DNA from: Eremomyces bilateralis CBS 781.70
Lineage: Eukaryota
Reading direction: 5' to 3' (one strand)
Length of the DNA stretch: 64,000 nt
Assembly: GCA_010015585.1 (NCBI GenBank)
Contig: ML975152.1
Shown here: positions 26,722 to 38,100 of the stretch, in pieces
Numbering within the stretch: the stretch's first letter is position 1
Layout: every line of letters begins with the position of its first letter
The notes under the pieces: generated by a model
Told to the model about the DNA's origin: nothing
What the model saw: only the letters and a program-made list of their open reading frames with translations
Database searches by the model: none
Program-made: the position numbers and the translations under genes

Positions 26722-28261
26722 GAAGGGGCGAGAAGATGGAAAGAAACGGTTGACTCGTTTCTTCGATTATCGGCGTCATTTTTAAAACCAAACGGACTGT
26801 GTTTGTTTCTCGGGGTTCTGGATAGGGAAACGGGGTTTCAAGATTGTGTTTCGGAAACCTTTTATGCGTTTATTCGATTATACAGTACAAGTACTCGACC
26901 GCCTCAGGGCGTGGGTTTTGTTCTTTTCTATTTCCTTACCCCTCACGAACTGTTTCCTTCGTCACGACCATTCTCTTTAACCTTCTTCACACCTTCTTTT
27001 TATCTCAAAATTGTCTGGGCCCTGTTAAGTGAACGGAGTCTTATGCGTCTCGGCTCGAGAACCGGCGAAAGTTGCAAGGACGATTGGGCCTGGGGAGATG
27101 ATCTTTCTACAATCAGGCGGAATAGTGCTTTTGCAGCCATGTTACAAGTACCGTAACTGGACGTATAATCGCGTAAAATAAAGTTAGTCATACGAAATGT
27201 CTATTGTAGTGCTTAAATTCCTGCTGGTTCTCTCCTATGTGATGTCCCTATACGTGAGGTCTTAAATACCTACAGCTTTGTTTTTTATCACCAGTACCAA
27301 GTGAACTGCACTGGATCGAAACAATAATTGAAGCTACACTCTACAGGTAGTTATCACTAGTATGTTTTCCAGGACCTGACCAGCCTTGCTTCACAGCAAG
27401 GCGTCGCTCGAGATTGACATGCTACACAAATCTAGCCTGCCCACATCCCCCACGTAAACGAGTCTAACATGTGTGCCGTCAATCTGAAGTCTAAATATTT
27501 GACTAAGACCTCTTCGGCTCTTCCTACCCTATGGATTGAGAATCAACAGTTACCATTAGCTAACAATGGCGCGTTGCATCTCCCATGCTTCCCCGGATTC
27601 CCAAACCTCTGCTTGAAGCCGATGACTGGAGTCTCCGCAATCAGCATCTCCTTCGGTTGCATTATGTATCAGGGAGCCGACCTTGCCATCAATCCTTTGA
27701 AGTTTCGAATCGCGGCAAGCCTCAAGTGCTTACCTCGTGGCATACCAGGGTGATTGAGGACTTGTAGGTTTCCCCTGCAGAGTCGCGTCCGGATGTTCGG
27801 GCGACTGTGCCGGACGATTCACATGCCAAACAAGAGGGTTCCAGGCTTCCAGCTCGATACTAAGATTCAGACGACAAAGCCTACTACGTACATTCGTCTC
27901 TGGTGGCAGAAATTGACTAGCATTCCCATGTCGTCCAACTTTTCAGCATGCTGGATCCTCACATCACTAAGTTCAGGGGTAAACTCAACTTACCCATGCC
28001 AACCATCGAGGACGCGTCTGGTGCAAATTCTTCACATCCTGTGTAGGGTTCTCAAATTTGTGGATGTCTTCCATAGTACCATTTCCCAGAGCCCGGAACA
28101 GCACCCTCCATTCTCAAAGCCTGCAAGCTCAAAAACCCTGTAGCCGTGCAGCGGCAGAACCAACGGACCGGAAGACGGTGCGGGGAGTATCAGGGGCACC
28201 AGGTGCCTCGAGCGGTCCATGGAGACCCTGAATCCTGCGCCCCAACTCCAACTCCAACTAA

Positions 28262-29017
28262 ATGCTTCTTCTAAGTGCTGAAGGAGAAGACTTTAATATT
28301 AAAAACATGATACCGGGCGAACTCGAGCATCAGCAAGAACTACAAAACCCTTTAGCTTCGTGTCCCAACCTGCGGACGGTGGCCGACACCATTCCAGACT
28401 TCGAACTATTCGTTTATCTCTTTCTAGCTGGCGACCTCCTTCAGAATGGCTAGAGGCCCTTGTCCAAGGAGACGAGGAGAATTTTCCTCAGAAGTACTCT
28501 CACTGGGCTGATCGAGTTTCATGATAGAGGAATCGTCCACACTGGCGAGTCCTACTTCGGCTGTGTCACACCGGAGCACCCTTGGAATAATGAGGAAGCC
28601 TAGCGATTTAACAGACATTAAACCTAGTAATATCCTTCTCGACTATGAAGAGACGGCCGGTAATGACATGATCTTTTGGGTGAGCGACGAAGAGCCGGGT
28701 GCGGGCGACGCTTGGCGGCATATCCTCTGGAGATATCTCGTATTCGAGGCGAGGATGGCTTTAAGAACCTACTTCAGCACATTGGAAAAGAGAATCCTTT
28801 TTTCGAGCGCCTCATTGCCCTCGCGGGTGACTTCGATGCGGAGAGGCCGAGAAAATCCTTTACGATGTGGCGTTACGCGGATGTGGAGTTTAGGGATTTG
28901 ACTACGAAGTTGATGAACTTGGATCTAGCGAGGAGGATCATTACGCGGGGGGCTCTGGAGCATCCTTGGTTCCGTCAGGCCGATTCGGGTCAGGAGACAT
29001 ACATGGTAGCGATATAA
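28262..29017 (+). pseudogene. Decayed Ser/Thr protein-kinase-like pseudogene
   Basis: FHDRGIVHT|DIKPSNILL catalytic loop and LMNLDLARRIITRGALEHPWF end; in-frame TAG at 28451; no DFG/APE segment; frameshift near 28740. Confidence 0.72.
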
Positions 29018-30061
29018 CCTCTGAGGTCCATTTGCTGGAGATAAGTTTGGGCGTTTGGGAACGAAAAAGTGCAGCGTGAATGATATATTGTGTACAGCGT
29101 ACCTTATCCAAAAGTAGCAGTGGCCTCAAACTAGGCACAGAACAACAAAGACCTCATGCGAAAGCCTATCATTCCGTAGCTTTGATACTACAAAGGCTAA
29201 AGACTGAGGGTCGTTGAAAACAGGTGGGGGTGGGATTTCAGGTAATCTGCTGAAAAGAATCTCTAGAAGTCAGATCACTGTCCTTCTTAGTTAAGGAAGA
29301 CTGCGGCACCGTTTTAACCAGATCGCAAAATCAGTAACCTTATATCTAGGTTCCTCTTCTTTAATTGGTTTCCTCCAAACCGACAATAGGCGACGAAACA
29401 AAGGCATGTTTAGCACCAGCCAATTCCCCAAAACTCTAGTCAGATTCATGTATGGGGTAACCCTGGCAATCGGCATGACAGCAAGCCACTGAACCGCCGG
29501 GCCAGTACGACTGCATCACGTATCAAAATCGCACCGACGCCGAATAGGGGCTCGCGCTTCGACCTCCATCATAAAGTTCACGTCTTCCAGAAACAAGAGT
29601 TTACGACGCGTTTTAGCTGGTTGCCCGCAGGTCTTGGTACGGCTTCGTCTACCATTCGTCCACTCGATGGCTCACTGTCTTGGGCCGCTTCGTGTCTCTC
29701 CAGGACTCCAGGAGGTATGCATCACGGCACAGGAGCGACTGGATCGAGACAGCCACTCATCTCCACTTCAAATCCTCAACGGTAGGATGGAAGCGAGGGG
29801 AATGGCGGATGGATTCGCTCTTTCAGACTTCAGGATTTGCAGAAATAGGGCTTAATCCCATGAGCGGCATGAGGTTGTTTTTTTGTTGCTTCGTATTTCT
29901 CTCTGAATTGGAACAGTTGCTGCTTTGTTAACGGCCATTTATACGTATAATTTTGTATTGACACCTTGGGAGACTGGCATAGCTCTGACAATCTCTTCGA
30001 TTCCAACTTCTTGAAAGCTTCATGACCTTGCACATAATCTCCAAATCTCCATCCGACAACC

Positions 30062-30714
30062 ATGAAGTTCACCGCCGCCGCCACTGCTCTCCTCAGCGCT
30101 GCCTTCGTGTCCGCTCAACAGGTCAACCTCAGTGCTCTCCCTAAGTGCTCTGTACGTGCTATATAAAGCCCCCATATCCACCAAACACTTGCCCAAACTG
30201 CGCCATCCTCCACGTCTTATTCATATCAGTCCCAATTGACCGTCAAGAACTAACGTCCCCTCCTCCAGCACATCTGCCTCCAAACCGCCATCCAACAATC
30301 TGGCTGCGGTGGCGTCGACTACCAGTGCCAGTGCGGCCCGCAAAAAGAGACCATCACCACCCTCGTAACCCCGTGTATCATCCGAAGCTGTTCAGAAGAG
30401 GACGCCTTAAGTACATCCTATCCTGCTTCCTTTCCCGATCACTGGTCACTTACTCTATAACCGACATGCGCTTCTCCAGCTGACATGTTTGCTCACAATC
30501 AGAGGTCGAGCCCGCTACCATAGACATCTGCAAACAAGCCGGTGTAGCGGGCGCTGATTCGTCCGTGGTCGACGTCGTTACATCGGCCGCCGCGTCCGTA
30601 GTATCGCAGGCCACTCAGTCTGCTACGGCACCCACGGGCACTGGTGCTGCAGTGCCGGGAAAGTTGATTGGAGCTGGTGCAGTTGCTGCCGGCATCGCTG
30701 CTGCATTCCTGTAA
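30062..30714 (+). CDS. Small secreted CFEM-domain protein, probably GPI-anchored (147 aa; exons 30062-30151, 30269-30410, 30503-30714)
   Basis: Signal peptide MKFTAAATALLSAAFVSA; 8 Cys in CFEM spacing (PKCSHICLQTAIQQSGCGGVDYQCQCGPQKETITTLVTPCIIRSC...DIC); Ser/Thr/Ala stalk; hydrophobic tail GAGAVAAGIAAAFL*. Confidence 0.85.
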
Positions 30715-30958
30715 ATATACGGAAACCGGGCAGTAGTATAGATATGGATTGCTTCGCGACGGAAGCGTGGCTTTGAGTTGAACAGCGAGAAAGCGGAACT
30801 GTACCATTTCTGTATCGATTGAGGCGGTTAACGGTGTCTTGATGGGAGGATGGAGGGTGTTTGATTCGAGCCGGTCGACCAGTCGAGAGCATCGCGTTAG
30901 ATCTTCCAAAAGCCTAGCTAGTCGGGATGATCAGGATATCCCATGTATGATGGAGTCT

Positions 30959-32137
30959 TCATATCGCCCACTTTTCGAACAATCTGATCAGATCTGTCGT
31001 CTTATCTTCGGTTCCGTTCGTCGTGCCATTGGCTTTTTCTTGGCTACTGTGAGCCATAGCGTCGAGCACTCGATGAATGATCTGGACTTGATTTCGAATC
31101 GTGGTCATTGGGACGTTGACCCCATCCTCGTCTCCATCGTAAAATCCAGCGGCAACGTCGTCCACCGCCTCTTGTATCTGTTTTGCTGCGTCGAGGAGCT
31201 GGTCAACCGGATGTCGACCATTAACCATGGCCATCTCCGATATGTTTCTTCCCTCCACCTTCTTTGTCAACTGGACGAAGAGCTCATCCAATGTCCCAAG
31301 CTTCGCCATGGTCGAATCGTAGATCTCTCTCATATCCTCCTCTATCTCCCCGCCGAAGTCTCCTAGCTCATCTTCTTCGTCCCCAAAATCCTCGTCGCCT
31401 TCTTCCTTCGGGGTCCCCAGACCATTCAACTCGCTCACCCCATCAGCAACCACCTCCCTCCGCTCTTCAATCCACCCCGCAATCATCCTCGCTAGCCCAT
31501 CTTTATCCTTCAATGCCACCACCACATCCACGCCTCCCCACACCCGCCCTGCCCCAGCCAACAATGCCTGCCCATATTTCGTCTCCTTCATCGTCTTCGC
31601 CTCGCTGACTGCCGCTATCCCTCCATCCATCGCATCCCTCAGTCCTTGCCCCGCCACCCCAACCTCCCCCACCAACGCCGCCACCGCCGCGATTATCTGC
31701 GCAACGTCGGCCACGACTTCCTTCTTCACGACGGCGGGCCACTCGGTGTTCGTCTCGCGGTTGGCCAGCGTCGTCACCGTCGCCACGAGTGTAGGCACAA
31801 TTTTCCCACCAATCTCGGACAGGAGCGGCGTGATCGCTCGGAGCGTGCTGGCGGAGCCATAATCTTTGGGGGCGGTTTGGAGGAGGAGGAGGATTAAGGT
31901 GCTGGTACGGGACTTGAGATGGGAGGCGAGAGCACAGAGCGCTTCGAGGGTCGCGGTGGGGTCGGGGGGAGTAGACGAGGTAGCCGATGTCGACTGAATT
32001 AAGGAAGATGCCGAAGTATGGGTAGTCGTGGGAGCGGAGAGGAGGGTTGATAATCCGGAGTCGAAGTGGGAGATGAGACTTTGGGTGGTCTTCGAGAGTA
32101 GGAGGAGCCTCTTCAAGGCATCGGACGCGCCCGACAT
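30959..32137 (-). CDS. Hypothetical helical protein, possibly GCIP/cyclin-D1-binding-protein-like
   Basis: About 390-aa ORF (first ATG 32137) with amphipathic helices and an acidic patch; the family call is from recalled resemblance only. Confidence 0.65.
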   Translation of the reverse strand: MSGASDALKRLLLLSKTTQSLISHFDSGLSTLLSAPTTTHTSASSLIQSTSATSSTPPDPTATLEALCALASHLKSRTSTLILLLLQTAPKDYGSASTLRAITPLLSEIGGKIVPTLVATVTTLANRETNTEWPAVVKKEVVADVAQIIAAVAALVGEVGVAGQGLRDAMDGGIAAVSEAKTMKETKYGQALLAGAGRVWGGVDVVVALKDKDGLARMIAGWIEERREVVADGVSELNGLGTPKEEGDEDFGDEEDELGDFGGEIEEDMREIYDSTMAKLGTLDELFVQLTKKVEGRNISEMAMVNGRHPVDQLLDAAKQIQEAVDDVAAGFYDGDEDGVNVPMTTIRNQVQIIHRVLDAMAHSSQEKANGTTNGTEDKTTDLIRLFEKWAI

Positions 32138-32537
32138 ATTGTTTATTGGTGTCTCCAAGGGGGTTTCAACCTATCAATTCATTTATATCTGGTCTTTGAA
32201 AGAAAAGGTACCTTAGTTGGGAGTGGAATCGCGAATATCAAAGGTGTGGTTCGAAATCTTTAGCGGCCGATCATCAGATCCCTGGCCGCGGTCGAGTTCG
32301 TGTATCTGATGACGTCCTCCTGTTCTGCAACATTCAACAAAACTCGGTTCCCTGATCTACCTAGGTCCTAAAGTCTGATATTTTCTATCCCACCTATATG
32401 TTGGCCGTAATTCTATCTGCTACCGTACGTTGTTTGTTTATGCCATTGCCCTCCGGTATAGCTGCTGCAGAGCGGAGCCTCTTTACCGGTACATCATCTC
32501 CACAGTAACAGGAGCAAGCGATTGACCATCGTCTAAG

Positions 32538-34918
32538 ATGGACAAGCATGGCTCGAAGGGCCAGGCCATGGAGACAAATATGGGCGTGGACTACGTTGTC
32601 CACTACAAGTTCACGAGTGTTGGTAAATATGGCAACCCATGAGATTGATGTCCGTCTGAGCATCTCGCTGACGACAAAATAGACAAGAAAGATGCCGCCG
32701 TCCAGTTCGAGAAGCTCGTCTCAGCCCTAGGGAAAGTCGGTTTGGCCACCGAAGTGCGGCAGGGAGATAGAACGTCTCTTCTTGTCTTCGTGAAGGTTGC
32801 TTCTTCGGAGCACCTATACGGAGAAATATATCGTTCAAGGTGCGTTCGATCATATCATCCGAGTCGGCTCGACATTGTGTGTAACTAACAAGCTAATGCG
32901 TCGCAGAGCTCGAGATTGGATTCATGGCGTTCAATCCTCAGCACCACCGAAGGAGATGAAAGAGGCTATCGAAAAGGACCCATTGACCGAAGCAGAACGC
33001 CTCCGAATCATACATCAGCTAATAACGAACTCGGAGGGGGATGGTGGAGCTGGCATCACGCCGAAGGAAGGACAATGGAAGAACGTCGATTCGATCTTCG
33101 CCCTACACAACCACCAGTACAATAAGGAGTGGATCAAGAAATGGAGTACTTCGTACTTCCTATCGGCAGAAGACCTCGATGCCATAAGGAATCGGCTGGG
33201 CGAGAGAATCGCCTTCTATTTTGCGTTCACCCAGTCGTACTTCTCCTTCCTACTGTTCCCTGCCGTATTTGGCGTCTCTGCTTATTTCTTGCTCGGACAC
33301 TTCTCGCCGATCTACGCCATCGTCAATGCCTTCTGGTGTATCATATTTACCGAGTACTGGAAGCACCAGGAAGTCGAATTGGCCATCCGCTGGGGCGTCC
33401 GTCACGTCTCCCAGATCGAGAATAGGAGACGAGAGTTCAAGCATGAAAAGGAGATCCGCGATCCGGTTACTGGCGAAATGGTGACCTGGTTTCCGGTTCG
33501 AAAGAGGTTGCAAAGGCAGCTTCTCCAGATTCCCTTCGCTGCTTGCGTGCTCGTTGCCCTTGGAAGCTTGATTGCAACGTGTTTTGGCATTGAGATCTTC
33601 ATCTCAGAGATCTATAACGGGCCAATGAAGTGGCTTCTCGTTTTCCTTCCGACGATCATTGTTTCGAGTTTTCTTCCGATTTTGACGACCATCATGACGA
33701 CGATCGCGACGCAGCTTACGACTTACGAGAACTACGAGACCGAGGGTGCACATGAGACAGCTATGACGCAGAAGATCTTTGTCATTAACTTCATCACATC
33801 GTACCTGGGTATTTTCCTCACGGCTTTTGTTTATGTTCCGTTTGGTAGTATTGTGGTTCCCTACCTGGACGTTTTCAGTGTTACCTGCCAGGCCTTTGCT
33901 GAACATGAGAAGCAACTTACGGTGTCCCAAGATGGCTTCACCATCAACCCTGATCGGTTGCGGAAGCAAGTCATTTATTTCACGGTTACTGCCCAGGTGG
34001 TGAATCTAGCCATGGAAGTGATTGTCCCCTATCTGAAACGCAGGGGCTTCTCAAAGTTCCGCCAATTTCAGAATGATAGGGCCGCACGAAGGGGCGGTGC
34101 TTTGCCCGAGCCTTCTGAAAACGATCACCCGGAAGAGGCAGTGTTCCTTGCGCGAGTGAGGAACGAAGCGGAGCTGGATGTCTATGATGTCACTACAGAT
34201 CTTAGGGAGATGGTGCTTCAGGTACGTGAACGTCCGAGCAGGCAATCGGTGGCGCACCAAACTCACAAAAGCGCAGTTCGGCTACCTATCCCTTTTCTCC
34301 GTCGTCTGGCCTCTGACCGGCCTTTCCTTCGTCTTCAACGACTGGCTCGAACTTCGAGCCGACGCCCTCAAGATCTGCGTGGAGATGAAACGTCCTACCC
34401 CAGCTCGAGCGGACACCATCGGATCATGGCTGGATAGTCTCTCATTCCTCACATGGGTGGGCAGTCTTACCACGTCGGCACTTGTCTACATGTTCTCCAA
34501 CGACGGCCTCGGACCCGATGGATCACCCGAAGCTATTACCGGATGGAAGCTGTTGCTGGCCGTCATGATATCCGAGCACGCCTTCCTCACCGTGCGGTGG
34601 CTCGTCCGCGTGGCCATCTCCAAGCTCGACTCGCCCGGCCGGCAGAAGGAACGGCGAGAGCGGTATGCGGTGCGGAGGAAGTATATCGAGGAGTCGTTGG
34701 AGGAGCTCAGCAAAAAGCAAGGCCCTGTGGAGCTGGCGCCTGATGAGGAGAAGATTGACCGGGCCAGTTTGGAAGAAGATGCGCGACACGCAGGAGAATC
34801 GAATGTTGAAGACCGGTTCTGGGCGCGGCAGAGGGGTTGGAGAGAGACGGCTCAGGTTGGGGCGGGTTACATTGAGAGGGGACCATCGGAGGATCCGAAG
34901 GAAAAGAAGATACAGTGA
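32538..34918 (+). CDS. IST2: TMEM16/anoctamin-family scramblase/channel (Ist2-like), 3 introns
   Basis: MGVDYVVHYKF; RDWIHGV; GERIAFYFAF; YENYETE; REMVLQ|FGYLSLFSVVWPL; WLELRADALKI; ADTIGSWLD. Confidence 0.9.
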
Positions 34919-35153
34919 CCGTAATGGCCAAGGGGGAAAAAACGGACGGGTGGGATATACAACATTCGATGACCGAGACGACTCTCCGTTTATGGGCATC
35001 CGCAAATATATGCATTGATAGTGTTTACTCAGCAACCTGTTATCGCGTCGGCTTTCTGCAGACATGAGTACTACGAACATCAAATGCAGCGCTAGTTTCG
35101 ATCAAAATCTCGAAATTGCAGTGCAAGCAGAAGGTGATTGTCTATGAATTGTT

Positions 35154-38100
35154 CTACTTCATCTTTTGTACATCGTGTTCACCGACGACAGGAACCCCCG
35201 GAACTTCCACATCGTGGATGTTCCATTCCATACCGATATACCCATCGCTCAGCACCGCAACCTCCACCATCCTGCTATCCACGCTAGGCGGTACCCTGAG
35301 TCGGGCGCTGGCAAGCTGACTCAAAGCGGATTTCGCCTCACCTCTTCTCTTCTGCTGCCAATTCACACGCTTCAGTCCTAGGAGCTCGCCGGTAGTCTTG
35401 GAGGAAACCAGGACGAAGAAACCTTCGCTTTGCTGTTTCGGAAACCTTGGAGCATACATACGACCGTCGGGCACAAACGGATTCTGTCGCTTCAAGTCGA
35501 TGCTGACTTCAGTGGCAGATACCGTACCAAGGCTGACGTCTACGCAGGGGAGTCGAGCAACGGCCTTCGCGAACGCATCGCGTTGAGAGCTGGGAACGTT
35601 CAGCTTCTGCGCCAGGGACCTGACCTGGTCCGGTCTCATGGCTGCGAGCTGGACTAGATCGCGTGGCGCGCTCTTCGAATCGACCATGCGAGCCTTTTCG
35701 GCCTCAACGTCGACGTCAGGGAAGATGCTCAGCGGTCCATCTTCTGGCCACCTCGCGCTTTTCACGCACTGAAGGAGGATAACGACCGCGCGTACTGCGG
35801 CGAGGCTGCCTAATTCGGCCATGATGTCGATCGTTCCCTGCATGATTCGAATGCTCTGGTCGAGTACGCTGTTCAAGTCGCCGACATAGTCGGAAATGGG
35901 AAGGTCGACGCGACTAAAGTGTGCTTGTAGAAGTAGAAATGCCTTCACGTGTGGATCCCACATCACCAGCTTTAATGCCTCTGCGTCGAGCGGCAGATGT
36001 TTGGCCAGCTCGGCGTTGACCAAGTCCTCGTTATGACGGACTGGCAACTCATCGTACTCAGTAGCGAGACTGACCCAGGACAGGACATCACCGAACGAAA
36101 CAGCCACCTGCCGTGAGCTTAGAACCTTGGGGCGAGAAGCGTTGAGAATGGAACGAATGGTCTTGTGCGACATGTAATAGTATGACATGATCTTGCCCAT
36201 CGGGGTCGACGACAGCTCTCCGGTGTTGTCTGTGATATCAATGCAAGATGACTGTGCCAACTCATTCAAAGCGGTGTCGACCAGAGAGACCATGTACTCA
36301 TTGGCGGTCTGTTGAGCGGAGATGGTGTTGTAATCTTCCGCGGATATTTCCAGCCCGTAGAATGAAGGGTTCTTATGTAGCCTCCGGTAGAAGAACGTCC
36401 ATGTCAGGTAATCCAGAGAATCTTGCTTTGTCGTAATCGTTCCGGCCGATATCTCGGCTCCCAGATGGTCTTCCAGAACCTTGTGGAGCGATGACTCGAC
36501 GGGGAATCCGGTGTGTAAAAAGTGCTTATAGAATGCCTTCTTGCTTTCCTGAGTGAAGATTCGAGCAACTCCTGAGGTGTCAAACTGCGGTCGTCCGGCT
36601 CGTCCAAGCATCTGAAGCACGTCGGTGAGGTCCATGTCTTTGTACCCTTCGATCTTGGCATCGAAGAATTGAGTGCCCTTGACGACGACAAGGTGGGCTG
36701 GTAGATTTACTCCCCATGCCAACGTGCTTGTTGCGATCAAGATTTGAATTTTGTTGGCCGCAAAGAGTTCTTCGGCCAATTGGCGGTCCGACTCAACTAG
36801 CCCGGCATGATGAAGACCGATGCCAAAACTCAAAGCTTCTTGGAAAGCTTCATCCTTCGCCCGGCGAAGGTTAAGGACCAAGTCATCCTCAGACATATGG
36901 ACGAATCTCCGTGGGTTGTCCTCCATTCCGCAAAGATTGATGAGGTCTTTCGCCGTCAACCGAGTCTGTCGCCGAGAAGCGACAAAGACGATGACCGGTT
37001 TGTCTGGCGAATGGTTCTTGATGGCGAGGAAGGTAGGGCGGTTCATTGACTGCATGAACGGACTAAAGGCTCTTTGGTCGGGGAAGCCATCAATGAAGAT
37101 CTCGAGGGGCACCGGTCGGACGGAGTGACGGAAATTGAAAAGCCCTTCCTTGACGCCGAGCCAGTTGGCGAGATCCATGGCGTTGGCACACGCGGTGGAC
37201 ATCCCCACCAGCCTTACGGAGCCCTTCTTCTGCGATGCGATGTAGTTCATTCGAGAGACGATAATCTCGAGGACCGGGCCTCGGTCGCCACCAAGTAGGT
37301 GGATCTCATCAATGATGACGAGACTAACTTGGCGGACATAAGACCGAGTCTGCCAACTACGACTGATGCCGTCCCACTTTTCAGGCGTCGTGATGATCAC
37401 GTCTGCATCACGAATCGATCTTGTGTCTGGTGTATTGTCTCCAGTCAACTCGACCAACTTGAATCCCATAGGTCCAGCCAGTCTCTTTCCCCAGTCCAAG
37501 ACTCGTTCACGGACAAGCGCCTTCATCGGTGCGATATACACAACCTTAGAACCCGGATTTTCCCTGAATGCCCACCACATGGCAAGTTCGGCGGCAATGG
37601 TCTTTCCACTTCCGGTGGGGGAACCAAGTAAGACGTTTGCATCCGTATGGTACATGGTGTGGAAGAGTTGCGTCTGCATTGGGTTGAAGTACTGGAACCT
37701 TGTTCCATATAGCTCCTCCAATGCCGGGTTCTTCAAAGCAGTTATGGGCAAGGGCTGCAGATTGAGCAAATCGGTGTACACATTTTCAGTGTCAGGCCGA
37801 ATCAAATGCTGGAAAGACACGGCGGTGACGGTCTCGCAGCCTAGCCATCGATCCGACACAGCTCGAACATAGATCTGGGACGGCAGTGGGTCTGAGAGCG
37901 GGATGGTGAAGTCCAGCTGATGATCGTCGTGGAGCTTCTTCCTGTTCAATATGAAGTACTCTTGGTGATATATCTCGGACGTGTCCGAATTCTCCACCCA
38001 GACCCAATACGGCTCCGACGTGCCATGGTGCCGGTCGTTCCAGCGAAACTCGGGAATCAGATACAGTCGAACGCGGAGAACATCGCGATTCAACGGCGCA

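Noticed and set aside
27469..28220. Short overlapping ORFs upstream of the kinase remnant
   Set aside because: I could not assign a consistent frame or family; possibly decayed sequence, but unsupported.
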